Under the pieces are notes generated by a model, which saw nothing but the letters and a program-made list of their open reading frames with translations, searched no databases and had not been told where the DNA came from. The position numbers were made by a program, and so were the translations under genes. 64,000 nt of DNA from Pelagomonas calceolata (Eukaryota), in the NCBI GenBank assembly GCA_918797485.1, contig CAKKNE010000001.1:558001-622000 (forward strand). The letters are read 5' to 3'. Position 1 is the stretch's first letter, and every line of letters starts with the position of its first letter. Shown here piece after piece: positions 10,005 through 20,725 of the stretch.

Positions 10005-11285
10005 CTAGCGCTTGAACCAGCTGCTCGACGCTCTTGTAGAACCGGGCGCGGGCAGGTCCCACGAGTCCGACGGCGCCCGCCGCGTCTGCGCGGAGAGCGC
10101 CTTGACGGCCTTTCGTTTCGACTTCGGGACGCGCTTTAGGGCTGACGGCACGTCCTGTACGAGGCGCGCTATTTGATAATGCATCGCGTCGTATCCACCT
10201 AATCGTCGGCAGCACTGGTGGGCCACGGCGTCCCAGTGCTCTCTACTCAAATAGATCTTGTGGTCGCCGACGACGCCCTTGCGCAGCGCGTCGTCGCCGC
10301 GCGCCGCCGTTTCATCAAAGCTCGCGAAGCGCACGGCCCCGTCGATCTTATCGGAGGTAGCCGGTTTACTGAAGAGGAAGGTATGTATACGTTCCGCCGC
10401 TGAATGAGGATCAGTAGAGAGGTCCTCGTAGTGGAGCCACAACACCCTCTGACCTAACTGTGACGCTAGTGACGCGTACTGCGCGTGCCACTCGTAGTAG
10501 TCGCCGTAGTCGAGCTCGGAGACGTCTTCCGTCGCCGAGCGCTTCCGCGTCTCGTAATGCGCCTCGTCGTCCATGCCGAGCGCGAGCGAGGTCTTTTGAG
10601 AATCAAAATCGTCGTAGCACCGCTCGAGCGTCAGGGCCTCGCAGGCGTCGGCGAGCTCTTTCAGTCGGGCGTCGTGGCACTCCAAGGCCCGGAACTTCTG
10701 GCCCAGTCTCTTGAGCCGGAAGAACGTCGACACCATAGCATCGCGCGGGTCCCGGTCGATGACGATCAGGCGAGCTTTTGATTGTAGGAAGCTCGGCGGT
10801 AAACGTTGTACAGAACAGTGGCCCGACAGCAGCCGCGGGTGCGCCTGGGCCGACACGTCCTGGTGCGTCCATTTTGTGGGGGGCTGATCAGGATAGACCG
10901 GTCCTTTACCGCCTACAATTGTAGTAGGGTCCCGGAACGGCAGCTGGCCACTTTCATTTGAACGTAACAAGTGCCATGACAACGCATGCGCCCAGGACAG
11001 GCCACATCGCGGATAAGAGCAAACAAATACATCATCATCTCTACACCGGAGCATCCGGAACGCCGCCTCGGTCTTTGGGTCCGCGACTAAGGGCGCGCGC
11101 ATGGCTTTAGGGTTCGATGAGATGAACCACTGCCAGGTCTCGCTGCCGTGGGGCGGTAAATCTTCCAAGCTCACATCATTTGAACCCCACAGTAGCAAGT
11201 CGAGGCCACAGGCTAATCTCCCCATCATGGTGGTGGGTGAGCCAGGTGAAGCCCTGCCGGAGGCGGAGGACAGGCAAGAGTCCAT
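10005..11285 (-). CDS. Sulfotransferase (Sulfotransfer_1 family)
   Basis: DDDVFVCSYPRCG, RDPRDAMVS, LHYEDL, LRKGVVGDHK PAPS-binding motifs; start uncertain. Confidence 0.88.
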   Translation of the reverse strand: MDSCLSSASGRASPGSPTTMMGRLACGLDLLLWGSNDVSLEDLPPHGSETWQWFISSNPKAMRAPLVADPKTEAAFRMLRCRDDDVFVCSYPRCGLSWAHALSWHLLRSNESGQLPFRDPTTIVGGKGPVYPDQPPTKWTHQDVSAQAHPRLLSGHCSVQRLPPSFLQSKARLIVIDRDPRDAMVSTFFRLKRLGQKFRALECHDARLKELADACEALTLERCYDDFDSQKTSLALGMDDEAHYETRKRSATEDVSELDYGDYYEWHAQYASLASQLGQRVLWLHYEDLSTDPHSAAERIHTFLFSKPATSDKIDGAVRFASFDETAARGDDALRKGVVGDHKIYLSREHWDAVAHQCCRRLGGYDAMHYQIARLVQDVPSALKRVPKSKRKAVKALSAQTRRAPSDSWDLPAPGSTRASSSWFKR

Positions 11286-11465
11286 CTGGCTGCTGTGCTG
11301 CCCAAATGCGTCGAGAGCGTGGTGCTGCTGCCCGTAAAGCCCCTTGCGTCGAGGATTGCTTCGCGCGCGCGCGATGTCACGCCGATGAAATGAGATCGGG
11401 TTCGGGTTTTGGGCCCGTCTCAAAGACGGGATACATCTGCTCACCCAGGTTGAAAAAGAGCTTAC

Positions 11466-13136
11466 TCAGTAATAACGCTCCGTCGCGCGGTCGTAGCGGC
11501 AGCTGAAGAGCACCTCGGGCTCCCGTTCGTCTCCCGGCACGAGCACTCGAGTCGCCGCCCCGTCGTCCCGCAGGATCTTCGCGACAGCCGAGACCTCCAT
11601 AGAATCCGTGGCGCCGTTCGACCACGCGATCTCGCAGAGTCCGTCCTCTACGGACTCCACGACGCCTTCACACCAGTGGAATTTCGTGCCACCGGTAGGG
11701 AATTTCATGCGGACCCGGCGGCCGACCGCGACGGGCAAGGCTCGAGTGGGCTGCACGGCGACGCGCCCCCCGCGGCGTTCGAGGAGTCGTACGATCTGAT
11801 TGCACACCCCCCGCAGCAGAAGCGTGCCCTCCTGGAACTCCTCGTCGCAGAACCAGCTCAGGCGGTTCAGGCGCGGGCAGCCTTGCACGAGCCTCAAAAC
11901 GTCGCAGGCGCGCAACGCCGTCGGTCGCGGGGCGTACGCGCAGTAGCGGATGCTCACCGTTGTCAACGTCGCCGCCGCGGCGCCTCCCAAAATCGCATCG
12001 ACTATGCCTCGCGTGGCGTCGATGCCGTCGAGCGTGAGGAGCTCGAGGCCTTCGATGCGACACGCCTGGGCGACGCATTCGTCAGTGGCGTCCAGCTCGC
12101 GGATGGCGAGGTTTCTGAGACCAGTGCCGGCGGGGCGCGCGTTCGATAGCCTCGCGAGGTCCCTGTAGAAACCGCGTCCATAAACCATGTAGCCGGGAAT
12201 AGCTAGCGCCCGCAAGCGCGGGAAGCCGCGCATCGCGCAGATCAGGGCGGCGTATTCGAGCCGCGTCGGGCTGGTGCCCTGGGAGAAGCCGAGCCGCTCG
12301 AGGCGGTCGCCGAACGGCGTGCCGACCAGCGCTTCGATGACATCGAGAGTGATGTGGCAGCCGTCGACGTCCATCATTGTCGCGTTCGTGACGAGCGCCG
12401 TCGCGTGGATGGCGTCCAGTCGCGTCGGCCGGTACTCGAGCCAGCCGTTCCGGAAGGATAGGGCTTTGAGGCGCGGGAAGTGGCGCGCCCACGTCTCGGC
12501 GGGACTCAGCGGCTCGTCGCGCCCGTTATTCGTCACGGAGATCCCCTCGATGAGGGGGCACGCTTGCGCGATCGCCTCGACCACGCTGTCTGCGCGGGAA
12601 TGGGGTAGTGAGCAACGAGTCGCGTCGATGTAGAATTAGACAAAGGACGCCGGACACAGACAGGGTATCAGCGCATGCACCGGCGTCCGCAGCTCCTTGA
12701 GGCGCGGACACGCGCGACAGAGCTCCAGGAGCCGGTCCGGCGCGACGTTGGCGCGATACAGCTCCAGCGTTTCGAGGCCGCCGTTCGTCTGCTTGACGAA
12801 GAACTCGAGCGCCGCGACGGCTGGCGCCGCCCGGCCGCACGCCGATAAATGAATGACGCCCTTGCCGAACACCTTGCCGAGCGTCGCGATCGTTAATGAA
12901 GACGCCGCGCACTCCGTGGGCTGCTCGTCGGGCTCCCAGGCGAGCGTCTCCCCGTCTGCCCACCGTGGATAAAAACCAAAGCGGCGGACGGCGCCCGGCC
13001 GCCGCGCGATGGTCCGCTGGACGGCGTCGCGCTCGAACTTGGACGCGGCCCGGAGCGCCAGGAAGGGCGCGCGGTCGGGCACGTACTTGGCAACGTGCCC
13101 ACGGATGTCGTCGGGCACCGAGGGGCCGCTGCCCAT
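11466..13136 (-). CDS. F-box-like/RNI-type LRR protein with C-terminal Tudor/SH3-like segment; one intron near 12590-12665
   Basis: MGSGPSVPDDIRGHV F-box-like start; CPRLKEL and CPRLNRL LRRs; VGRRVRMKF...WCEGVV; the two ORFs are separated by an intron-like segment ending CGCAG. Confidence 0.65.
12590..12665 (-). other. Probable spliceosomal intron (acceptor at 12590; donor not resolved)
   Basis: Frame switch between ORFs 12636..13136 and 11466..12584; pyrimidine-rich CCCGCGCAG acceptor. Confidence 0.5.
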
Positions 13137-13506
13137 GGCTGTCTTCTCCTTTTTTTACACAGCAAAGGTTCCAGGTAGCTAGGCGGCCTAGCTCTAAGCA
13201 AAGCAAAGGTTGTGCTTAGATGCTTTGTAGAGGGCTGCCGAACAGGGGGCTGCCGAAAATCGATGCCGTTCCAAGGTACAGTGTGCGCAACGTGCAGATG
13301 GCTGCCCTGGCTTGCTGGCGCTCACCGCTTTTGCATTCGCATCGCATTGATTGTGCTGGACTTCAACACAGTCCCAGAAGACGAAGAACCAGGCCCTCTG
13401 GAAACGGACTAGAGCCGCGCGGCGCAAGGCCAAGGCCGCGCAGTTCAATTCACAGAAAGTCGAGGACTCCAACGTCACACCGCCGCCGGCGCCGTCCCCA
13501 GCGAAG

Positions 13507-13830
13507 ATGGACCCGAAGACGGCGCGCGCCATTCTAGACGCGGCCTTCGCCCAGTTCAAGGCCAACAAGGACTCTTTAACAAAAACGATCCAAGATATTG
13601 AAAATGCGCCGGGCGACGCGTCCTCGAAGCAGATGCAGAAGATGATGCAACTGCTCCCGAAGGTCCAGCAGCTCATGGCGCCGGCGCTGACGGAGCACGG
13701 CTTCAAGGCCGACGAATTGATGAGCGTGGTCATGAAAATCCAGGCCTGCGCCGCCGACGACCCGACGATCGCGGCGGACACGATGAAGCTCATGAAGGCG
13801 GCGCAGGGGGACATCTCGGGGCTGGTCTAA
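13507..13830 (+). CDS. Small helical protein resembling protein C10 (DUF4511)
   Basis: MMQLLPKVQQLM..ALTEHGF...DDPTIAA pattern. Confidence 0.55.
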   Translation: MDPKTARAILDAAFAQFKANKDSLTKTIQDIENAPGDASSKQMQKMMQLLPKVQQLMAPALTEHGFKADELMSVVMKIQACAADDPTIAADTMKLMKAAQGDISGLV

Positions 13831-13938
13831 GTTTTTAGTTATCCTTCCCCGGCTTCCAGGGCTCCCGCGCTTCGGTAATCCCGTGTGAGAGGGAGAGTCG
13901 CTTATTGAACCCACCTCCAGTACGACCCCGAGCGCTTC

Positions 13939-13967
<29 letters not shown>
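13939..13967. repeat. (GA)n microsatellite
   Basis: About 14 consecutive GA units. Confidence 0.95.
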
Positions 13968-13970
<3 letters not shown>

Positions 13971-14041
13971 TTCATGACAGGTAGTACACCCCGCGTCCAC
14001 TATCGTGTGTGTGTGACCTTTGATGAACTTGTGAATTTTAG

Positions 14042-14330
14042 GCGGCGGCGCTTGCAGTGTGTGAACGATGATTCGACCAGTGATGCATATGGCTATACGT
14101 GCTCGTCGGTTTACGACAGTTATCCTTATCTTTGTGGATTCTACGACGACGAGGATTTCACGGCGAGCGAGCAGTGTTGCGCGTGCGGCGGCGGTGAGGG
14201 CACGTTCGCGCCGACGGTGACGCCCAAGCCGACGGCCGATCCGACGCCTAGGCCTACCGCTGCACCAACGCTTAGACCTACGCCCGCGCCGACGGCGACG
14301 TTCGCGCCCACGTCGCCGACTGCCCGACGC
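14042..14330 (+). pseudogene. Exon fragment of a surface protein: Cys-rich module (C..D...CCACGGG) plus PT-rich stalk
   Basis: RRRLQCVNDD...TASEQCCACGGG then PTxxPT repeats, after a TTTTAG acceptor; no clear start, and it runs into an antisense ORF. Confidence 0.5.
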
Positions 14331-14567
14331 CCTAAGGGCCCACCTTGCGCCGTCGTCACCGTAGTCGGCGTCGCCCAACGCAGCTTTACTCTCCCTCAGC
14401 TTGTCCTCGTTGTCGTCGCGCACTTTCTCGAGTTCATGCAACGCGTCCTCCAGCGCCTCCAGCTTTTTCCGTTTTGATGAAGACAGGTAGCTTTCTTCAC
14501 TACTCTTCGCATCGAGAGGGAGGCATCGAGAAGCAGGCAGGCTAGAGTGCCCATTCGTCCCGAGCAT
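14330..14567 (-). CDS. Hypothetical coiled-coil protein N-terminus, apparently truncated or fused
   Basis: ATG ORF KRKKLEALEDALHELEKVRDDNEDKLRE, continuing into the antisense of the PT-repeat fragment. Confidence 0.35.
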
Positions 14568-14857
14568 GGGTCCAACTGTCGCTACGCGGTGGTTTCGTGG
14601 TTTAAGAGAGTCGTCTTTTTAAAATCCTAGTATGTCAACCGGCTAGATAAATCGAGGGCGTCGTCGTCTTTGCGAGCCTATTGCGCAGATCTGGGCATCC
14701 CGCACGCCTGGACGGACACATTCGCGCATCACTGTCGCCGTTCGCCGCGCCAGCCGCCGCGAGAAGCCCGCTGCCGCGCAGACAAAGCTATCCCAAGCAG
14801 GGGTCGCCACTCGCCGCGCCAGCCGCCACGAGGACGCCCGCATCTCCGAGAGCAACC

Positions 14858-15805
14858 ATGGCCAGCGAGGCCGAGACCGCCAACACAACGGCGACGGAGG
14901 CCGACCTCGCGCGCGTGCTGACGCGACAAGACGAGCCCGAGGACCGAAGCGACGAGATCCGACAACTGCGCGAGGAGAATGCAAGGTTGAGAAAATGGGA
15001 CGAGCTGACAAGGGAGATCGATCGGGACGAACGCAATGAAAAGGACAGCAAACATTATGCGCAAGCTTTGGTACAACATGCGAGGCAACAACGCGCGGCG
15101 AGAGAAGCGCGGGAAGCGAGGGAAGCCGAGAAGGAGTTCAAGGCCGCCGAAGCAGCTTCGTCACTGTGTATCACGGAGCGCGGCGCGGGCCCGCACGATG
15201 CGTTCGTCCGGGCCGTGATCAAGGGCGATAATCCAAAAATCGCAAGGGCACCGAAGAAGAATCCTACGGTGGATATGAGTGAAGCGGAGAAGGCGCGGAA
15301 GGACGGGAACACGGCCATAGCCTTAGGGAACTACCGGAGGGCCTTCTGGCGCTATGCTGATGGGTTGAAGGCTATTCGATATGCAGATAACGACGACGAG
15401 GCCTCGTCCCTACGAGCGACTTTATATGCGAACCGAGCCCAAGCCGGGTTGCATCTGGGCTTCCACCAGGCGGCGTGTAGGGATGCCGCCGCTTCTCTCG
15501 TGGAAGATCCTTCCCGATTAAAGTGCTGGCACCGCCTGGGCACGGCGCTGTTCAACACCGGCGACCACGCCCTGGCCTTGGATGCGTGCCTGCGGGGTTT
15601 GGCGCTCAAGCCGGACCACGCGCCGCTGCGCGCTTTGGAGCTCAAGGCGTCCGCGGCGAAAGCGGCGGACGACGCGGCGACGGCGGCCGCGGCGCCTCCA
15701 GTACCTGCGCCGGCGCCGGCGCCCGTCGTGGAGCCGCCGCCGCCGCCGCCGCCGCCGAAGGCGTTCGAGCATAGTGCGCGCAAGCCGGTGGCCGTGAAGG
15801 CCTAG
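14858..15805 (+). CDS. TPR-domain co-chaperone-like protein
   Basis: AEKARKDGNTA...YRRAFWRYADGL; LYANRAQA; KCWHRLGTA TPR triad; Pro-rich tail. Confidence 0.85.
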   Translation: MASEAETANTTATEADLARVLTRQDEPEDRSDEIRQLREENARLRKWDELTREIDRDERNEKDSKHYAQALVQHARQQRAAREAREAREAEKEFKAAEAASSLCITERGAGPHDAFVRAVIKGDNPKIARAPKKNPTVDMSEAEKARKDGNTAIALGNYRRAFWRYADGLKAIRYADNDDEASSLRATLYANRAQAGLHLGFHQAACRDAAASLVEDPSRLKCWHRLGTALFNTGDHALALDACLRGLALKPDHAPLRALELKASAAKAADDAATAAAAPPVPAPAPAPVVEPPPPPPPPKAFEHSARKPVAVKA

Positions 15806-15947
15806 TATCTAATGTTGCCCGTTTTCCTAATAATCCACGACCGTGACCTACACACTGGCGCCAATGGCATTTATAATGGCACAACAAATACTTAAGGTTG
15901 TTGAAATTGTAATGATGATGAGGCCTAATCAAGGCAAGGGATATTCC

Positions 15948-17780
15948 CTAGTTTCCTTTCGACTCGGACACGCCCTCGTCCTCCTTGGACTCGGCGACGC
16001 CCGTGTCCTTCGCATCGGCGTCGCTCGCCATGAGGCACGAATATTTGGCATAAATGGGCATGTGATCGCTCCACTGGCGATAAAGCTCCTCCCTGACTAT
16101 CGTCCGTAGCCCCAAAGGGACTCCATTTAAGTCTACGATTGCCGCATCTCCGCCGTAAACAATTCGGTGCATAATCGCACAAAGGTCACCGGCCATCAGG
16201 TTTGGCGCTTTGTCCTTCATCTCGTTGTACGCCGCATCAACTTCGGGGACGTCGAGCACGCCGCCTTCGACTTGGCCACGATTGCTAGTGTAGACCCCGT
16301 CATACACATGGCCGTCTGCACCGTTTCCACAGAAGCGGTACATATTCGTAAATTTCGAATTGTCGAGAGCGCTAACAAAGTCGCCGAGTCCGGCTTCCTG
16401 GAACTCGGACACGACGAGGGTCGGAGAAGCATTGAAGTCGCCCACGATAATCACGGTGACCGTCCCGCGCTGCTGCCGCTGAAGCTCCACAACAGCGCGC
16501 CCAAGGACTCGCACGTCTTCCCTTGTCCTGGTGGTGTCGTTGTTTTGGACGGCCTTCAGATGCACGCTAACGATGAGGAGGCGTTCTCCGGTCGGCACAC
16601 CGGGACGGCGTACATCGAAGACGCACCAGCTCGGCGGCCGGTGGAAGCGTTCACTACTACTATCAACTACACAGAGCAGACTGGGGCCGTCAACAAGACT
16701 GAAGGCATCCTCACGCCATGCAAACACGTGACTCTCGCCCATATCCACTTTTCCTTCATATTTAGGCACCTCTCTACTCTCAGCACGCCATTGATCACCA
16801 TCCGAATTTTCCACCAAATTCCGCAGCAACTCATCGAGAAACGTTCCGTTTTTGACGCAGCGGCGCGCGTTGCCGTTAACTTTACCTTTGTTGCGGAGAG
16901 CCGCCCCTGGCGCCTCCTGTACGACAAACATGTCGGCCTCTTCTCTCACAACTAATCGGGCAAAGTTCTTCGCTTTATCGCGCAGAACGCCCTCGAAGAT
17001 ACTGTCACTGTAGTCCAAAGGGTTCATCAGCTTAATGTTACACGAGACGATTTTCTTTGACGTCGCCCGGAACGCGCGAAGTGTGCGCTCGAGCAATTTA
17101 CCACTTTGCGGGGGCGTTTCATCTACGAGTTTATATAAGTTTTCCACCGTCACAAGTTTTTTGCCCGGCTTCGGCCACAATTGCACTTGGCGCAGTGTAG
17201 CATCTAGCGAGTCGTTACCTTGGCTATCCAGTTTACGTAAGGTCTCGGGTCCGAATCCCTTGAGGTCCTTTGCACGGCTATGTCTGTGCACAACGTTACC
17301 CTTGTCTTTTGATAACTCCGCCCTTTGCTCCCAGTACCGCCGCCGGATAGAACCCGGCGGTAGTTGTGCAACAGCTATTATCCCTGGATTCAGTTGGCTC
17401 CGTGCGGAATTGGCATAATTTCCGCTGCCAAAGGCCAGTCCGCGGTACAATTCTACCGCGCGGCCGAGGCGCGTGTCAAGCTTATTGTTCGCTTCCGCCT
17501 CGCACCATTGCGCAATTTCGTTGTCGTTATCGAATGTCTGTGCCTCGCGACCCCACTCCCACGCTTCCTCAAGCCGATCAGCATTGAGGAACGCCAACGC
17601 GAATCTTGCGCACACCTCGGCTACTTTTTGTTTGTTATTGTCAGCATTAATGTCAACGTCCCGTAGCGCCTCGCTTAGCCTAGCAACGCTGTCCACGATG
17701 AACCACGCGTCCGCGCGCGCCGCGACCACACAAGCACCACCACCCTGGAGCCATGACGTCGGCTTTGGCAACGAATCCAT
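15948..17780 (-). CDS. Endonuclease/exonuclease/phosphatase (DNase I-like EEP) domain protein with N-terminal helical/TPR-like region
   Basis: IVSCNI, MFVVQE, SVHLKA, IIVGDFNA, YDGVY, WSDHMPIY catalytic motifs. Confidence 0.8.
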   Translation of the reverse strand: MDSLPKPTSWLQGGGACVVAARADAWFIVDSVARLSEALRDVDINADNNKQKVAEVCARFALAFLNADRLEEAWEWGREAQTFDNDNEIAQWCEAEANNKLDTRLGRAVELYRGLAFGSGNYANSARSQLNPGIIAVAQLPPGSIRRRYWEQRAELSKDKGNVVHRHSRAKDLKGFGPETLRKLDSQGNDSLDATLRQVQLWPKPGKKLVTVENLYKLVDETPPQSGKLLERTLRAFRATSKKIVSCNIKLMNPLDYSDSIFEGVLRDKAKNFARLVVREEADMFVVQEAPGAALRNKGKVNGNARRCVKNGTFLDELLRNLVENSDGDQWRAESREVPKYEGKVDMGESHVFAWREDAFSLVDGPSLLCVVDSSSERFHRPPSWCVFDVRRPGVPTGERLLIVSVHLKAVQNNDTTRTREDVRVLGRAVVELQRQQRGTVTVIIVGDFNASPTLVVSEFQEAGLGDFVSALDNSKFTNMYRFCGNGADGHVYDGVYTSNRGQVEGGVLDVPEVDAAYNEMKDKAPNLMAGDLCAIMHRIVYGGDAAIVDLNGVPLGLRTIVREELYRQWSDHMPIYAKYSCLMASDADAKDTGVAESKEDEGVSESKGN

Positions 17781-17876
17781 CTCCACACCGCCGTTCTCCG
17801 CTGAGAGACCAGCACGCACGTCAATGCACACCGCAGCTGTGCAACCAGGCGCCTACACCACCCTTTTGGCCAGACT

Positions 17877-17938
17877 CGGCCTGCTTGCTAGTGTCTTACA
17901 GGCCGCTAGCGCGCGGCCTGCTTGCTAGTGTCTTACAG
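17877..17938. promoter_or_regulatory. Duplicated 25-bp unit containing CTAGTGTCTTAC in a divergent intergenic region
   Basis: CGGCCTGCTTGCTAGTGTCTTACAG occurs at 17877 and 17914. Confidence 0.55.
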
Positions 17939-18200
17939 CACGCTAGGTCCGCAAAGCTGCGCCTTTGCAGTTTTGGGGCCGTGCTGGGTTAGGATCCGGC
18001 GCAAGCCATTTTCGGCATTCGTTTTGGGCTCCTTTTGACCTGCGCAGTGTAAGCGACACGTATCGGCGTTCGTGGAGCAACACCTCCCAGCAGCGCCGTC
18101 GAAGCAGCGCGGCGCGCCGACGTCAAGAAATAAGGCAAGGCAGCGCGCAGCATCGAAATTAAAACACAGCGCAGCGCGCAGCACCAGTACCTAGAAAAAT

Positions 18201-19445
18201 ATGATGGCGTTCGTCGACAAATACGCCACGGCCTTGCTGGCCGGCGCCGTGACGATTATCGCGATCCTATGCGGGAAGCTCTACGACTATAAGACGCGCC
18301 TCGACGCGGCCGAGGCCAAGGCCGGCGACTACGACGCCCTGAACCGGAGACTGACGGAGGCCAAGTCGCTCTACTACCAGCGGGAACGGACCGTAGCCAT
18401 GGCGCAGAAGGAGCTCGTCGAGTCGGCGAGGAAGCGCAAGGCCGCCGAGGCCAAGGCCGAGAAGCTGCTGCAGGAGCGCGACGCGGCGCGCGAGCTGAGC
18501 AAGGACTTCGCGGCCACCACCCGCGTCGTCGCGGCGATGGAGACCACGACGGCGCGAATGTCGCGCGAACTCGAGGAGGCGGCGCGCAACCAAAAGAAGG
18601 CGGAGGCGGCCGTGCACAAGCTGCGCCAGGAGCGCGACGGCAAGGCGACCGCCGAGCGCGAGCTCCAGAGCAAGCTCGACGAGGCGCAGTCGCGCGTCGA
18701 GTCGGAGGCGTCGCGCGCCGAGGCGACCATCGAGGAGTACAAGGAGGCTCTCAAACTGGCCGCGGCCGGCGAGGTCGAGAAGATGAGGGATGAGCTCGAA
18801 TGTATGCGCGAAGAGCTCGAGGAGGCCAAGAGGGATAGGGAGTTAGCGATCAACTTCGCCGGCGGTGCTGCTGATGATGTCGCGAAGGCGGCCGCCGAGG
18901 AGGCCGAAGCGCTGCGCGAGAAGGCCGCCGCGGCGCGCGAGCGCGCGGCCCAGACGCGCGTCGCGACGCAACTCCGCGCGGTTGTGTCCGATTCCCTCAA
19001 CATCCGCGTCCGCGACGCGACGGGCGAGGAGACGTTCTTCAAGATCAAGAAGACGACGAAGATGTTCAAAGTGTTCAACGCGTGGTGTACACGCAAAGGC
19101 CAGCCTGTGACGGCGTACCGCTTCCTCTTCGACGGCCAGCGCGTTGACGGCGAGCAGACGGCCGAGGACATCGACATGGAGGACGGGGATCAGATCGACT
19201 GTGTCACCGACTTGCTGATGATCACAATCAAGTGGGCGCCGTCCGACGCGACGCGCCCGTTGACGATCCCGGCTACGTCTACGGTGGCTGATTTGCGCAC
19301 GGCGTTAGGCATCGGTGCCGGGCCGCGCTTCATCTTCATGGGGAGAGTGCTTGACGACGACGCCAAGACACTCGTGGAGTACGGCGTCGAGACGGGTCTC
19401 ACGATCATCGCTCAGGGGCGGCCGGAGCACTTGCCCGCGGCCTAG
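18201..19445 (+). CDS. Membrane-anchored coiled-coil protein with tandem SUMO-like and ubiquitin-like domains
   Basis: N-terminal TM; long coiled coil; LNIRVRDATGEETFFKIKKTTKM...RFLFDGQRV...MEDGDQID (SUMO); RFIFMGRVLDDDAKTLVEYGV (UBL). Confidence 0.85.
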   Translation: MMAFVDKYATALLAGAVTIIAILCGKLYDYKTRLDAAEAKAGDYDALNRRLTEAKSLYYQRERTVAMAQKELVESARKRKAAEAKAEKLLQERDAARELSKDFAATTRVVAAMETTTARMSRELEEAARNQKKAEAAVHKLRQERDGKATAERELQSKLDEAQSRVESEASRAEATIEEYKEALKLAAAGEVEKMRDELECMREELEEAKRDRELAINFAGGAADDVAKAAAEEAEALREKAAAARERAAQTRVATQLRAVVSDSLNIRVRDATGEETFFKIKKTTKMFKVFNAWCTRKGQPVTAYRFLFDGQRVDGEQTAEDIDMEDGDQIDCVTDLLMITIKWAPSDATRPLTIPATSTVADLRTALGIGAGPRFIFMGRVLDDDAKTLVEYGVETGLTIIAQGRPEHLPAA

Positions 19446-19534
19446 ACTCGCCGGCCGGCGCGCAGTCGGCGTATTAGGCCTAAGTGAAATTTGTGTTAGC
19501 CGAGGGCAGTGATAAAACATACTTGTTAGAACAA

Positions 19535-20725
19535 CTACTGAATCCCCGGGACGCGCCCCGGCGCCGGAGCGCTGCCGAAGCGCGCCTCGACGCCCGGCAG
19601 CACCCAGCGCACGTCGGGAACGAGCCAGCACAGCAAGAGCCGATACAGCACACTCACGAGGACGTCGTCGCGCGGCGGCACGAGTTGGGCCGACGTGACC
19701 GTCGTCCGCGGGTCGTGGTTCCGCGCGTGCGGGTTCGCCACGGCGAGCGCCGCCGCGGAGCCCGCCGTGATCACCGGAAAGTCGACGTCCGATGGCACGC
19801 GCGCGGCCTGCACGTTCTTCGGATCCACAACAAGTAACGCGGCGCCGCCGTCGCTCTTCGCCCGCGCGACGAGCTCGCGGATGCGCGCGTTCCTTCGGCG
19901 GCGACTGTCGTCTTCAGCGAAGGCAGCAACAAGTAACTTGTGGCGCACGGCCATGCGATCCGCGACCTCGTTCTCCTCCTCCGTGCGCCGCCTTCTTAAG
20001 GCCGCGAGCGTTTTGCGAGTCTTCATGCGTGGTTTTGAGGAAGCATCTCCATTACTATCGAAGGCCGTCCCTCCCCCAACAATGGCGCCCGAGAACAGTC
20101 TAGGCTCGAGGGGCCACCGCGCCTGTCTCGCTTGCTTCGACGCGCGCACGGCATACGCGCCGCCCAGCGCGTAGGTCCCGCCCGACAGCTCCAGGACTCG
20201 TGCGGACGCGTCGAAGTCGGGCACCCAGATGCCGTTGCCCGGTTGCGTGGAGTGGCAGGACTGGCGGTTGTCTATTAATACACCGCGCCGCAACGGCGAG
20301 AAGATGGTCAGAGCTTTCCCGGAAGAGGGCTGGTCCGCTTCGATCTTGTCGAAGAGGTTTGAACCGGCCGCTTCCTCGAGCAGCCTCACCACGTTCGCCG
20401 CGTAGCCCGCGGACGCGGCCGTCGACACGCTCTGGCGGCAGCCCGGTAACGCGTGCAGTACTTTAAGTACTTGCGCCGCGTTCGGCCTTATCGTTGAGAT
20501 GAAGTGCAGCGCGTCGTCGTCGACGTGCTCGCATTCACTGGAAGACAGGCGCAAGATTTGCATGGCCTGGTCCGCGCGCCACTTGTTGTCGATGCGCTCG
20601 GATGAGATTAACGTTTCATCTAAATCCCAGACGACGTGCAGCGGGTAGGCCGTGTTATGTAAAGCGACGCAGCCGACGTAGCCGACGGTGCCGCCCGCGA
20701 GGCGCGATGCTGCCTTACGAAACAT
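19535..20725 (-). CDS. FCP1/SCP-like (NIF) HAD phosphatase domain protein
   Basis: VVWDLDETLISS (DxDxT), IRPNA, LIDNRQ...QPGNGIWVPDF. Confidence 0.8.
   Translation of the reverse strand: MFRKAASRLAGGTVGYVGCVALHNTAYPLHVVWDLDETLISSERIDNKWRADQAMQILRLSSSECEHVDDDALHFISTIRPNAAQVLKVLHALPGCRQSVSTAASAGYAANVVRLLEEAAGSNLFDKIEADQPSSGKALTIFSPLRRGVLIDNRQSCHSTQPGNGIWVPDFDASARVLELSGGTYALGGAYAVRASKQARQARWPLEPRLFSGAIVGGGTAFDSNGDASSKPRMKTRKTLAALRRRRTEEENEVADRMAVRHKLLVAAFAEDDSRRRRNARIRELVARAKSDGGAALLVVDPKNVQAARVPSDVDFPVITAGSAAALAVANPHARNHDPRTTVTSAQLVPPRDDVLVSVLYRLLLCWLVPDVRWVLPGVEARFGSAPAPGRVPGIQ

Noticed and set aside
15948..17780. EEP domain as the endonuclease of a LINE retrotransposon
   Set aside because: The domain is C-terminal, with no reverse transcriptase, poly(A) tail or TSD seen.
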